Origin: an uncultured Fimbriimonadales bacterium
GTDB taxonomy: Bacteria; Armatimonadota; Fimbriimonadia; Fimbriimonadales; GBS-DC
Assembly (NCBI GenBank): GCA_937992175.1
Contig: CALKLF010000005.1
Coordinates: 695-64,694, forward strand
Direction of reading: 5' to 3'
Length of the DNA stretch: 64,000 bases
A model generated the notes under the pieces. That model was given only the letters and a program-made list of their open reading frames with translations. It was not told the origin of the DNA and did no database searches. The translations under genes and the position numbers were made by a program. Positions 45,803-54,790 of the stretch are shown here, piece by piece; positions within the stretch are counted from its first letter, which is position 1; each line of letters opens with the position of its first letter.

Positions 45803-47215
45803 TTATGCCTTATGAATACAATGCCCCGCCGCGTCGTGGAAGGCTTCCATCAGCGACTCCACCAGCGTCGGATGCGGGTGAATCGTGTCCACCAGCTCGT
45901 CGAGCGTGGCTTCGAGCTTGATGGCAAGCACGGCTTCCTGCAGCAGGTCGCTGGCGTGTTCGCAGCAGATATGCACGCCCAGAATCTGCCCATATTTGGC
46001 GTCGGCGATGACCTTCACCAAGCCCTCTTTGACGCCCGCCGCCATCGCGCGCCCCAGAATACGCGGCGGGAACTTGCCGATTTTGAGCTCGTAGCCCTGC
46101 TCACGCGCCTGCTGCTCGGTCAGCCCGACGCCCGCCACTTCGGGCACGGTGTAGACCACATTCGGCACGGCGCGGTAGTCCATCGCGCGGTTCGCGCCGA
46201 AGCAGTTCTCGGCGGCGACGATGCCCTGCGCGCTCGCCACATGCGCCAGCGGGGCAATCCCCGTGATGTCGCCAATCGCGTAGATGTGCGGGATGTTCGT
46301 GCGCAGGTACTCGTCGACCGCCACATAGCGTTTGTTCATCTGAATCCCGACGGTCTCCAGCCCGATACCGTCTACATTCGGCTTGCGTCCGACGCCAATC
46401 AGCACGACCTGCACATCGATTTGTTGCATCCCTTTCGGCGTCTCCACATGGCAGCGCCACAGGTCGCCCACGCGCTCGGCGGATTTGAGTGTGCTGCCTG
46501 TAATGAACTGCACGCCCTGTCGCGAGAGGGCGCGCTCGACTTCCTTCGCGACCTCCTCGTCCATCGTAGGCAGAATCTGCGGCATCAGCTCCACGACCGT
46601 CACATGGCTGCCCAGCGCGTTGAACACGAAGCTGAACTCCACGCCGACCGCGCCCGCGCCCAGAATCAGCATACTGTCGGGCACGAAGCGGGCGTTCACC
46701 GCGTCGTCGCTTGTCCACACATTCTCGCCCTCTAAGCCCGGGATGTTAATCTTCATCACGCTGGAGCCGGTTGCGAGGATAATGTTCTTGCCGCGCACGA
46801 TGTCTTTACTGCCGTCGGCTTTTGTGACTTCAATCGTGTGCGGGTCGATGAGTTTGCCCGTGCCTTCCACGCTCTGCACGCCGTTTTTCTTGAACAGCAT
46901 GCCGATTCCGCCGCGCAGGGTCTGCACGATTTTGTCCTTACGGGCTTGCATCTGGTTGAAGTCGTAATCGATGGCGCCCTCAATCAGAATGCCCATCTCC
47001 TTCGCGTGCAGCACATGCTGGTAGCGTTCAGCGTGGGCAATCATTGCCTTGCTTGGGATACAGCCCCAGTTGAGACAGGTTCCGCCTAAATATTCGCGCT
47101 CAATACAGATGACGCTGCCGCCGTGTTCTTTCGCCAGCTGCCCAGCGCGGATGGCTGCCACATAGCCGCCAGGGCCCGCGCCCAGCACCACCACATCCGC
47201 TTCGTAATTCGTCAT
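45803..47215 (-). CDS. lpdA: Dihydrolipoyl dehydrogenase
   Basis: VVVLGAGPGGYVAAIRAGQL, GGTCLNWGCIPSKA, and the C-terminal HPHPTLVESL. ATG 47215 follows GAGGAGG, with GGTATACT further upstream. Confidence 0.95.
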   Translation of the reverse strand: MTNYEADVVVLGAGPGGYVAAIRAGQLAKEHGGSVICIEREYLGGTCLNWGCIPSKAMIAHAERYQHVLHAKEMGILIEGAIDYDFNQMQARKDKIVQTLRGGIGMLFKKNGVQSVEGTGKLIDPHTIEVTKADGSKDIVRGKNIILATGSSVMKINIPGLEGENVWTSDDAVNARFVPDSMLILGAGAVGVEFSFVFNALGSHVTVVELMPQILPTMDEEVAKEVERALSRQGVQFITGSTLKSAERVGDLWRCHVETPKGMQQIDVQVVLIGVGRKPNVDGIGLETVGIQMNKRYVAVDEYLRTNIPHIYAIGDITGIAPLAHVASAQGIVAAENCFGANRAMDYRAVPNVVYTVPEVAGVGLTEQQAREQGYELKIGKFPPRILGRAMAAGVKEGLVKVIADAKYGQILGVHICCEHASDLLQEAVLAIKLEATLDELVDTIHPHPTLVESLMEAFHDAAGHCIHKA

Positions 47216-47251
47216 AGAGAGCCTCCTCAAATACGCGGGTAGTATACCTGC

Positions 47252-48034
47252 TTATTCGCTCCAGAGGGCAGGTTGCAACGAGAGGCTTTCGGGCGACACA
47301 GTGCGTTTGATAAGGCAATACTCTTCCTGAATGCGTCCCGAGCGCAACCGCTCCAGAATCATCGCATGATAGGTCGGGTCTTTCTCCGCCGCAAGAAATC
47401 GCCGTCGGAGCCGTTGACACACCTCCAGCTCCGCTCCGCTGCCCCCAAAATGCACCAGCACCACATCTCCCGGCTGCGTGCAACTCAAAATCAACATCTC
47501 CGACAGCTTCTGAGGAATCTGGCACGAATGAAAAGTCTTCTCACGACTCACATTTTTCACCAGGTCAAAGAAGAACCAGCTGTAAGGCATTCGCCCCTTT
47601 TGCCCCTGCGCCAGACGCTGGCGAATGCGCCGGTCCGTCGGGTTCTGATACGGCTGCGCCACCTGCTCCTTGAAAAACTTGTTGTGCGCCGTCTTCTGGC
47701 AGTGCAGAATGCTCCGATGCGCCGTTGTGAACCGCTTCGGGCTGTGCCCGACATTCGTGTTGTAAACCCACACATAGTCCTGCACATCGTAGCACGCCTC
47801 GTCCAGAAAGCGCACGCGCAAATAAGCGTTCTGTTTGGGATAGTTGATGAAAAACATATTGCCGTCGTCTTTCAGCACACGCAGCGATTCCCGCGCAAGT
47901 TCGATGTACCATTCGATATATTCCTCGAACGCGCGAGTATAGGACTTACCGTTGTACTTGACGCCCACATTATAGTCAGGGTCGCTGAAGACCATATCCA
48001 CTGACTGGTCAGGCAGCTGGCACAACAGATCCAT
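47252..48034 (-). CDS. DNA methyltransferase, N4/N6 beta-class (PF01555-like), apparently orphan
   Basis: Motif IV variant SDPDY near the N-terminus and motif I VLVHFGGSGAE near the C-terminus. The gene is visibly lower in GC than its neighbours. No nuclease gene is adjacent. Confidence 0.75.
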   Translation of the reverse strand: MDLLCQLPDQSVDMVFSDPDYNVGVKYNGKSYTRAFEEYIEWYIELARESLRVLKDDGNMFFINYPKQNAYLRVRFLDEACYDVQDYVWVYNTNVGHSPKRFTTAHRSILHCQKTAHNKFFKEQVAQPYQNPTDRRIRQRLAQGQKGRMPYSWFFFDLVKNVSREKTFHSCQIPQKLSEMLILSCTQPGDVVLVHFGGSGAELEVCQRLRRRFLAAEKDPTYHAMILERLRSGRIQEEYCLIKRTVSPESLSLQPALWSE

Positions 48035-48110
48035 TCGAGCGAAGCAAGGAATCGCTTTTTGGCATCATCTCTTGCGGGCAGCACTTATACCTAAACCCCG
48101 ATTGGTAAGC

Positions 48111-48175
48111 CCTTCCCTGATGAAATCATTCTAAAAGCCCGCAGGGCGTGTCGCGGACGATTTTATCAGGGAAGG
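48111..48175. repeat. 17-bp-arm inverted repeat enclosing a minus-strand terminator
   Basis: Arms are ccttccctgatgaaatc (48111-48127) and gattttatcagggaagg (48159-48175), with 1 mismatch. Confidence 0.6.
48133..48158 (-). terminator. Rho-independent-type terminator after the capA-like gene
   Basis: Minus strand reads GTCCGCgacacgccctGCGGGCTTTT. Confidence 0.5.
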
Positions 48176-48226
48176 ACTTATCATAGGGGTAGCAACTTGG
48201 GTTATCGTATGGTAGAGAAATTGCAT

Positions 48227-49093
48227 CTATCCATCGATTCTGGATGTATGCTCAGTTGGGGGTATTGGACGCCCGCCCTCCAGCCAGAGGGGAATGGCGT
48301 CAATCGACTCGACACCTGTTTGGCTCACCTCTGCTTGCAGCAACACCGCCTGCCGACTGAGTTTGGAGCGTGGAGTGTGGATGAAGTTGCCGACGCTGTA
48401 GAACACATGGGCTTTCCCGACTCGCCCGTAGCCCTGCACCACATGGGGGTGATGCCCCACGATGAGATCGACGCCCGCCTTGGCGAGGGCGCGGGCGATG
48501 CGTTTTTGTTTGGCGCTGGGCTGCGTTTTGCCCTCGTCGCCCCAGTGGGGGACGGCAATCAGCACATCGGCGTTCTTCCGCGCGTCAGGCAGGAGGGGCA
48601 GCACATCGCTCAGAATCGCCACGCCGGGGGTTTTCTCGCCTGCAGGGAAGTGGCGCGGCACAATCGCCGTGAAGCACACAATCGCGATGCGCACATCCCC
48701 GAAGTCTACATACACGGGTTGCGCCGCCTCCGTTCGATTCGCGCCCGCGCCCGCCCACCATACGCCCGCACGCCAGAGATGCTCCACCGTGTCCATCAGC
48801 GCGACCCTGCCGTAGTCCACTGAGTGGTTGTTGCCGAGGGAGACCATCGTGACGCCTGCAAGACGCAGTTGCTCCGCCAGCTCAGGCGGGGCGCGGAAGG
48901 TGTATTCCTTGTCCAGCGGCGCGCCACGCGTGCTGATACAGCCCTCCATGTTCAGAATCGTCCAGTCCGCCCCGCGCAGCCGCGGCGCGACAGGCTCGAA
49001 CAGGTAGCTGATCCCGCGCGCCTGCACGATTTGACTCACTACTTTGCTGAAGATGATGTCGCCGCCGAACAAGATCCGCACGCGCTCGCGCAT
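48227..49093 (-). CDS. CapA-family metallophosphatase-fold protein (poly-gamma-glutamate capsule synthesis-like)
   Basis: ILFGGDIIF, LNMEGCIS, SLGNNHSVDYG, HWGDEG, LIVGHHPHVVQG. Confidence 0.8.
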   Translation of the reverse strand: MRERVRILFGGDIIFSKVVSQIVQARGISYLFEPVAPRLRGADWTILNMEGCISTRGAPLDKEYTFRAPPELAEQLRLAGVTMVSLGNNHSVDYGRVALMDTVEHLWRAGVWWAGAGANRTEAAQPVYVDFGDVRIAIVCFTAIVPRHFPAGEKTPGVAILSDVLPLLPDARKNADVLIAVPHWGDEGKTQPSAKQKRIARALAKAGVDLIVGHHPHVVQGYGRVGKAHVFYSVGNFIHTPRSKLSRQAVLLQAEVSQTGVESIDAIPLWLEGGRPIPPTEHTSRIDG

Positions 49094-50176
49094 TCAGCCC
49101 TCCAGAACCCGCAGGTACTGCGCCACGATGTGGTTCTCCTCAAACTGCTGCAGCCATTCGGGGGGCGTGGGGGGAATCCTGCCCTGCAAGCCCTGCAGGA
49201 TGGCGTCCGCGAGCGCGTCTACATCGCCCACGGGAACCAGCAAGCCGTACTTTCCATCCGCTAAAATCTCGCGTGGTCCGCTGGGACAGTCCGTCGCCAC
49301 AACGGGGCAACCGCACGCCATCGCCTGAATCAGCGCGTTGGGCAACCCCTCATAGCGCGAACTCAGCACGAACACTGCAGCGCGACGCATATACTTGAAT
49401 GGGTTCGGTTCGTAGCCGGGCATTTGCACGCTGTCGGCGACGCCAAGTTCGCGTGTCAGTCGCTCCAGTTCAGTGCGTTGTTCGCCCTCGCCCAAAATGA
49501 GCAGCCGAGCAGGCACAGGTAAACGAGCGAAGGCACGCAGCAGCGTCGGGAAATCTTTCTGTGGGGTCAGTCGCCCCACCGCTAGCACGACGGGCGGCGC
49601 ACCCGCCGCGAACCATGAGTGGTCTACAGGCTCTTCACGCTGTTGCAGCAGTTTCCGCGTGATGACGGGGTTGTAGATGCATGGGATGCGCGTTTCGGGC
49701 AGGCGCGTGAGACGCAGCAAGTCCGCCTGCACGCCCTGGGAGACGGCGACAACTGCATCGGCGTGGCGGTAGGCGCGGGCAATCAGTGCGGGTACGAGAC
49801 GGTCCTTAAGTTTGACCGCGCTGCCGAACTCGCGGGTGGGGGTATTCGCCTCACGCACAACAACGCGGGTAGATACACGCGCCAGCCGCCGCGCCAGAAT
49901 CGCGACCAGATTTGGCTGGCTGAGCGTGCTGAGCAGCGCGTCGGGACGCTCGCGACGCAAATAGCGGACAAGCGGCAATACCGTGCGCCAGATGCGATAG
50001 GTTTTCAGGTCTACAATCTGTACGGCAGGGCTGAGTTCTTTGCGCAACTCGCCTTCTGGTTTCATCAACACCATCTGCACGCTGTGTCCGCACTCGGCGA
50101 AGCGGTTCGCGAGCGTGACCAGCACGCGCTCCGCGCCCCCAACTTCAAGGCTGACCGTGAACAGGGCGATTCGCAT
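49094..50176 (-). CDS. Glycosyltransferase family 4 (GT-B)
   Basis: MRIALFTVSLEVGGAERV and EGLPNALIQAMACGCPVVATD. Confidence 0.85.
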   Translation of the reverse strand: MRIALFTVSLEVGGAERVLVTLANRFAECGHSVQMVLMKPEGELRKELSPAVQIVDLKTYRIWRTVLPLVRYLRRERPDALLSTLSQPNLVAILARRLARVSTRVVVREANTPTREFGSAVKLKDRLVPALIARAYRHADAVVAVSQGVQADLLRLTRLPETRIPCIYNPVITRKLLQQREEPVDHSWFAAGAPPVVLAVGRLTPQKDFPTLLRAFARLPVPARLLILGEGEQRTELERLTRELGVADSVQMPGYEPNPFKYMRRAAVFVLSSRYEGLPNALIQAMACGCPVVATDCPSGPREILADGKYGLLVPVGDVDALADAILQGLQGRIPPTPPEWLQQFEENHIVAQYLRVLEG

Positions 50177-50181
50177 GATGT

Positions 50182-51189
50182 TTACTGGCGAATGGCGACC
50201 ACGCGAAAGCTTTTCGCCCAGCGCAAACTAAGGGGCGTGAGGCGCATCAGCAAAGCGTTCGCAAGACGCACAATAGGTTTGCCGCTCGCCCCGCCAAAGT
50301 AAGCGTAGGCGCGCGCCCGAAAGCCGAACTGCTCGATATGGCGGGCTAACTCCACCGGGTGGAACAGTCGCTCAATCACTGCGCCCGAATAGGGGTTCAC
50401 GGGGCACTGCGTCGGGTCATACACCGAGTTCGGCAGCTCGCCTGTCTCGAGATATCGCTCTACCGCCTGGAAAATTGCATGGCGCGTCATCAGGCTGGTG
50501 CGCTGCGCCAGAGCCTGTACTGCCGCCTCAGGTAAGTCGGGGTACGCTTGCTGGATTATCTCGGCGCGCTGCTCCACATACGGTTTCTGGATAGTGTGCC
50601 CCTCAAACTCGCCAGCGGGACCGCTCTCGAAACGCTGCCAGAGTTGGCGAGTGTGCGCCGCGAGTTGGGGGTTCGCCGCGTTGTTGCCGTCGGCGATGAT
50701 GAGCGCGCCCCCGCGTTTGAGCCAGCGCGCCGCCCGCCTCAAAAGCTCGTCCACATCGGGATAGTGCGAAATCTCCTCGTTGGAGAGAATCAGATCGAAC
50801 GAAGCGAGTTCGTACTCTACTTCGTCCAGCGAAGCAAGCTGCGCCTGCATACCTTGCAGGTTGAAATCGGTAATCAGTCGCTGGAAGGTGCGCAGGCGGC
50901 TTTCGCTCAGATCGAAGCCAATCGCTTCACGCGCGCCCATAAAATACAACACGACGAGCTGCAAGCCGAATCCGCAGCCCGCGTCCAGCACACGCTTGCC
51001 TTCGGGGTCAAAACGCGCCAGCCGACACAGGTCGTACACATAGCGCGTCTCCTGAGTGCAACCCTGCGGGGTTTTCAGCTGCGGGTAGTAGCGCCAGAGT
51101 TCAGGATCATAGCGCGCCCGATTCTCAGGGCGCGCCGCCTGCTCAAACAGCGCGGCGACCTGCTGGCTTACACGGGCAAACTCGGGCAT
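50182..51189 (-). CDS. Class I SAM-dependent methyltransferase with a long C-terminal extension
   Basis: VLDAGCGFGLQLVVLYFMG motif I. Start set to ATG 51189, which lies 9 nt downstream of GGTATAAT. Confidence 0.75.
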   Translation of the reverse strand: MPEFARVSQQVAALFEQAARPENRARYDPELWRYYPQLKTPQGCTQETRYVYDLCRLARFDPEGKRVLDAGCGFGLQLVVLYFMGAREAIGFDLSESRLRTFQRLITDFNLQGMQAQLASLDEVEYELASFDLILSNEEISHYPDVDELLRRAARWLKRGGALIIADGNNAANPQLAAHTRQLWQRFESGPAGEFEGHTIQKPYVEQRAEIIQQAYPDLPEAAVQALAQRTSLMTRHAIFQAVERYLETGELPNSVYDPTQCPVNPYSGAVIERLFHPVELARHIEQFGFRARAYAYFGGASGKPIVRLANALLMRLTPLSLRWAKSFRVVAIRQ

Positions 51190-51198
51190 CAGAGGGTT

Positions 51199-51204
51199 AT
51201 TATA
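51199..51204 (-). promoter_or_regulatory. -10 box TATAAT, 9 nt upstream of the methyltransferase ATG; leaderless-type promoter
   Basis: Minus strand reads ttGGTATAATaaccctctgATG. Confidence 0.45.
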
Positions 51205-51217
51205 CCAACCCCCATCC

Positions 51218-51889
51218 TTACGGCACAATAATCAACCCACTGGTCGACGCGCCGCGCAGCACATGCTGTACGAACGCGGGCTCAGGCAGTGCGCCCTCGA
51301 AACTGTGGCGGTTGTTGATGACGGTCTTAGGCACTGCCATCACGCCGTACTGATTGGCTAACTCAGGGAACTCCTCGCTGCTGACGCCCTCGGCGGTAAT
51401 CAGGTCGCTCGCCATCGCCAGTTTATGCGCCAGTCGCACGGCGGCGGGGCAGTACGGGCAGCCGTAAGTCACAAACACGCGAATATGCACGGGATGGCGC
51501 AGGTTCGCCAGCATCAGGCGGCTGTCGGGCGAGAGACCAGGGTCGCCCCTGCCCACATCCTCAATCGCGCCCACCAGTGAGGCGAACTCGAAGCCCGCGG
51601 GCACGCCCAGATAGCGGATTCCGTAGTCCTTCTCTTCCGTGCGCACGACAATCGCGGGCGCGAGCGTGATGTTGTATTCCTGCGCAACCGTCGGCTCCGC
51701 TTCTACACTATGCTGCTCCAGCGTAATCTTGCCGCCCCCGATGCTCACTAAGTCCTGCGCGATTTGCGACAATAGCTCGCAGGTCTCAGGTTGCTCGTTC
51801 GTGGTGAACACGACCAGCTTCACGGTGTTCTGCAAACCGCTAAACCACTGCTGTAATGTCTGTCTATCTTTTTCCGGTAGAATGGTCAT
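51218..51889 (-). CDS. Two-unit thioredoxin-fold protein disulfide oxidoreductase (PDO/glutaredoxin-like, CPYC)
   Basis: VFVTYGCPYCPAAVRLAHKLA...GVMAVPKTVIN. The N-terminal unit lacks CxxC. AAGGAGG lies upstream. Confidence 0.7.
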   Translation of the reverse strand: MTILPEKDRQTLQQWFSGLQNTVKLVVFTTNEQPETCELLSQIAQDLVSIGGGKITLEQHSVEAEPTVAQEYNITLAPAIVVRTEEKDYGIRYLGVPAGFEFASLVGAIEDVGRGDPGLSPDSRLMLANLRHPVHIRVFVTYGCPYCPAAVRLAHKLAMASDLITAEGVSSEEFPELANQYGVMAVPKTVINNRHSFEGALPEPAFVQHVLRGASTSGLIIVP

Positions 51890-51956
51890 CGTCGCCTCCT
51901 TGTTGACTCCACTCGAGTAGAGTACCTAAAACGGAGTTTCGATTCGCCGAGAAGCC

Positions 51957-52571
51957 TCAACGTAGAAAATCGCCCACCCTGATTTCCCACTCAGGCTCGC
52001 ACAGAGGGCGAACCGTTTCATCTGCCGTGTAATGTTGCACGGTCTGATAGCCTTGCGGCGTCGGGTCTCGGTACACCTCCAGCCGCCGCGTTTCAAGATT
52101 CACAATCCAGTATTCAGGGATTCCTGCCTGCGCATACAGGCGAGCTTTTCTGGTCTGGTCATGCTCGACGGAAGTATCTGCAATCTCAATCACCAGTAGC
52201 GCGCTGGTGGGGTGGGCATGAGCATAATCGTCGAGGTCGCCCTCGACGATGCTGATGTCAGGTATGGGTTCGTTGTCGCCCAGTTGCAGGGGCGCTTCCA
52301 TGCGCACATGCCATCGGCTCGATTCGCGACGGGCGAACTGGCGTGTGGCGCGTAGACGAGTCGTTGCGTGGTCAGGTTCTTCGGGCGGCATAGTGTAGAT
52401 GTCCCCCTCAATCAGTTCCAGCCTCGCGTCGGCAGGGAACACGCCCAGCGCGCCCAGCCGATGGAACACATCAGGCGTGAATCGATAGCGCTGGGGCGCG
52501 CCCGCTCGGGCGGCGTCCGCAGAGGTCTTGGGACGCGGTTTCAGAACAGGCATAGCATAAGGATACCCCAC
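51957..52571 (-). CDS. Uma2-family (DUF820) endonuclease-fold protein
   Basis: LELIEGDIYTMPPEEPDHA...PDISIV...LLVIEIADTSVEHDQTRKARLYAQAGIPEYWIVNL. Confidence 0.8.
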   Translation of the reverse strand: MGYPYAMPVLKPRPKTSADAARAGAPQRYRFTPDVFHRLGALGVFPADARLELIEGDIYTMPPEEPDHATTRLRATRQFARRESSRWHVRMEAPLQLGDNEPIPDISIVEGDLDDYAHAHPTSALLVIEIADTSVEHDQTRKARLYAQAGIPEYWIVNLETRRLEVYRDPTPQGYQTVQHYTADETVRPLCEPEWEIRVGDFLR

Positions 52572-54668
52572 CTATCCCCTCCGCTGTGCGCCGTGCTGCG
52601 TTTCCAGCGCAACGAAAATCGCCTCCACGAGCGCGTTCACTTCCTCGTCCGTAAGGGTGCGGTTCGGGTCGCGGAACACGAGCGAGAACGCGAGGCTGTG
52701 ATGCCCTTCAGGCACGGGCGTACCCGTGTAGCGGTCGAAGAGGCGCAGCGACTCCAGCAGAGCGCCCCCCGCCTCGCGAATCGTCGCCTCCAGCGATGCA
52801 TAAGGCACAGACTGCTCGACCACGAACGCAATATCACGCAGCACAGGCGGGAAGGCGGGCAGCGGGCGATAATGCACAGTGTGCGCCGCCGCATGCATCA
52901 GCGGCGTCAAGCCAAACTCGGCTAAATAGACGCGCTGGCGGAACTCGTACTGCTTTTGCAACTCGGGATGCAACTCACCCAGCACGCCCAGCCGCTGGTC
53001 ATGGGCGTCATGCACATACGCCGAGCGCATGGGATGGAGCCGATGGTCACGCCCTTCAGCGGGAACGAACTGCGCGCTTATCCCCAGCTCGCTCAGCAGA
53101 TGCTCCACCACGCCCTTGAGCGCGTAGAAGTCGGCGGGCTGGGGCTTCAACGCCCAGTGTAGGACGTGCAGCAGCCCTGTCATCAGGATTCCCAGGCGCG
53201 TCCACTCGTGGAACTTGCCCTGTTCATCCTGTGCGAACACGCGCCCGATTTCGAACAGGTGCAGCTCGCGACGGTTGCGACGGCGGTTGTGGTCGGCGGC
53301 GCGAATCAGGCTGCTCATCAGCGAGTGGCGCAGGCAGCTGAGTTCATCGCTCATCGGGTTCTGCAGAGGCACAGGCTGATACATCAGCTCGCCAATCCCC
53401 TCGCCGCCGCTCTGCAAAGGTGAGGGAGCTTCTAAGGTGTGCCCCACAACCTCCTGCAAACCAGCGCTGAGCAACACAGTGCGCACGCGCTCGGCGAACG
53501 CGCCTTCAGGACTGTCTTTGCCCTGCGTCGTGTAGCCCTGCGGAGGAATTGCGGGGATCCGGTCGTAGCCGAGAATGCGCCCCAGCTCCTCGATCAGGTC
53601 TTCCTCGCGCAGTAGGTCGGCGCGATAGAACGGGATCTGCACGCGAAAGCCCCCCTCGATGGGTTCTGGGCGCAGGTTCAGCCGCTCCAGCACGGCACGC
53701 GCCGCATCGGGGGCGATCGAGAAGCCCAGCAGCCGTTCGGCGCGTTGCAGACGCACCGTGAGCGTGCGTGGCTCGTAAGGGCGCGGGTAAACATCGATAA
53801 TCCCAGGTACAGCCTTCACGCCCGTCCACTGCGCCAGCAGTTCACAGACGCGATGCTGCGCGACAATCACAAGGTTCGGGTCTACGAACCGTTCAAATCG
53901 GTACGACGACTCGGTGCGCAGCCCCAGCTGGCGGGCGGTGGAGCGAATCGACATGGGATGGAAGTGCGCCGATTCAATCAAGATATGGCGCGTGTCGTCC
54001 GTCACTTCGGTTTCTGCGCCGCCCATCACGCCGGCAACGGCAACGGGACGCTCGGCGTCGCAAATCATCAGCATATCGGAGCGGAGTTCGTGTACCTGCC
54101 CGTCGAGCGTCTGAATCCGCTCGTGGGGTTCGGCGCGGCGCACGATAATTGTGTGTTCCTTGAGTGTGTGCAGGTCGAAGGCGTGCAGGGGTTGCCCCAG
54201 TTCGAGCATGACATAGTTCGTGGCGTCCACGATGTTGTTGATGGGGCGCATGCCCGTCGCGAGCAGGCGATTCTGCACAGACGCAGGCGACGGCGCGGGC
54301 TTGATGTCGCGAATCACGCGCGCGGCGTAGCGGGGGCACAAGTCGGCGTCGCGGATTTCCACACGGGCATATTCAGCGGTCTGCAACGGCTCGGCGGGCG
54401 GCGGGTTCAGTATCTGCGCGTTGAGCCTGTGAAACAGCTCGGTTGGGCGCGCCTCCTCGCCCAGCAGGGCGTAAACCTCTCGCGCCACACCGAACACGCT
54501 CAAACAGTCGCCCCGATTGGGCGTGATGTACATCGACAGCACCGCGCTCTGCGGCGTGTCCAGCACTTCCTCCACTTCCAGCCCCGCCATCGTCAATCGC
54601 TCGGCGAGGGCTTCGGGCGACAGCTCCACCTGCACAAAATCCTTTAGCCACTCGATGGGTATGCGCAT
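52572..54668 (-). CDS. pheT: Phenylalanine-tRNA ligase beta subunit, short form lacking the N-terminal OB/tRNA-binding insert
   Basis: MRIPIEWLKDFV...ITPNRGDCLSVFGVAREV...GMRPINNIVDATNYVMLELGQPLHAFD. The internal ATG at 54668 lies 8 nt downstream of GGTACAAT. Confidence 0.9.
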   Translation of the reverse strand: MRIPIEWLKDFVQVELSPEALAERLTMAGLEVEEVLDTPQSAVLSMYITPNRGDCLSVFGVAREVYALLGEEARPTELFHRLNAQILNPPPAEPLQTAEYARVEIRDADLCPRYAARVIRDIKPAPSPASVQNRLLATGMRPINNIVDATNYVMLELGQPLHAFDLHTLKEHTIIVRRAEPHERIQTLDGQVHELRSDMLMICDAERPVAVAGVMGGAETEVTDDTRHILIESAHFHPMSIRSTARQLGLRTESSYRFERFVDPNLVIVAQHRVCELLAQWTGVKAVPGIIDVYPRPYEPRTLTVRLQRAERLLGFSIAPDAARAVLERLNLRPEPIEGGFRVQIPFYRADLLREEDLIEELGRILGYDRIPAIPPQGYTTQGKDSPEGAFAERVRTVLLSAGLQEVVGHTLEAPSPLQSGGEGIGELMYQPVPLQNPMSDELSCLRHSLMSSLIRAADHNRRRNRRELHLFEIGRVFAQDEQGKFHEWTRLGILMTGLLHVLHWALKPQPADFYALKGVVEHLLSELGISAQFVPAEGRDHRLHPMRSAYVHDAHDQRLGVLGELHPELQKQYEFRQRVYLAEFGLTPLMHAAAHTVHYRPLPAFPPVLRDIAFVVEQSVPYASLEATIREAGGALLESLRLFDRYTGTPVPEGHHSLAFSLVFRDPNRTLTDEEVNALVEAIFVALETQHGAQRRG

Positions 54669-54676
54669 CGGGGAAG

Positions 54677-54708
54677 ATTGTACCTGAATGCAGGTCGGCA
54701 GGTACAAT
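54677..54708. promoter_or_regulatory. Palindromic pair of divergent -10 boxes (pheT on the minus strand; histidine kinase on the plus strand)
   Basis: ATTGTACCTGaatgcaggtcggCAGGTACAAT: perfect 10-bp inverted repeat, each arm containing TACAAT. Confidence 0.5.
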
Positions 54709-54790
54709 TGTGGCACTCGGTATTCCGATTAATATGAGTAGGAAAACTTGTGAACTGCCATAATTCAAAGTAGGAAATCAGGAGGTTCCC

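Noticed and set aside
45749-46735. 328-aa plus-strand ORF opposite lpdA. Analogous shadow ORFs: 53745..54647 (opposite pheT), 57015..57860 (opposite pckA), 62273..63043, 47273..48004, 28562..29284, 50548..51231, 41945..42745.
   Set aside because: Each overlaps a confidently identified gene on the other strand or in another frame, and none has a family signature of its own.
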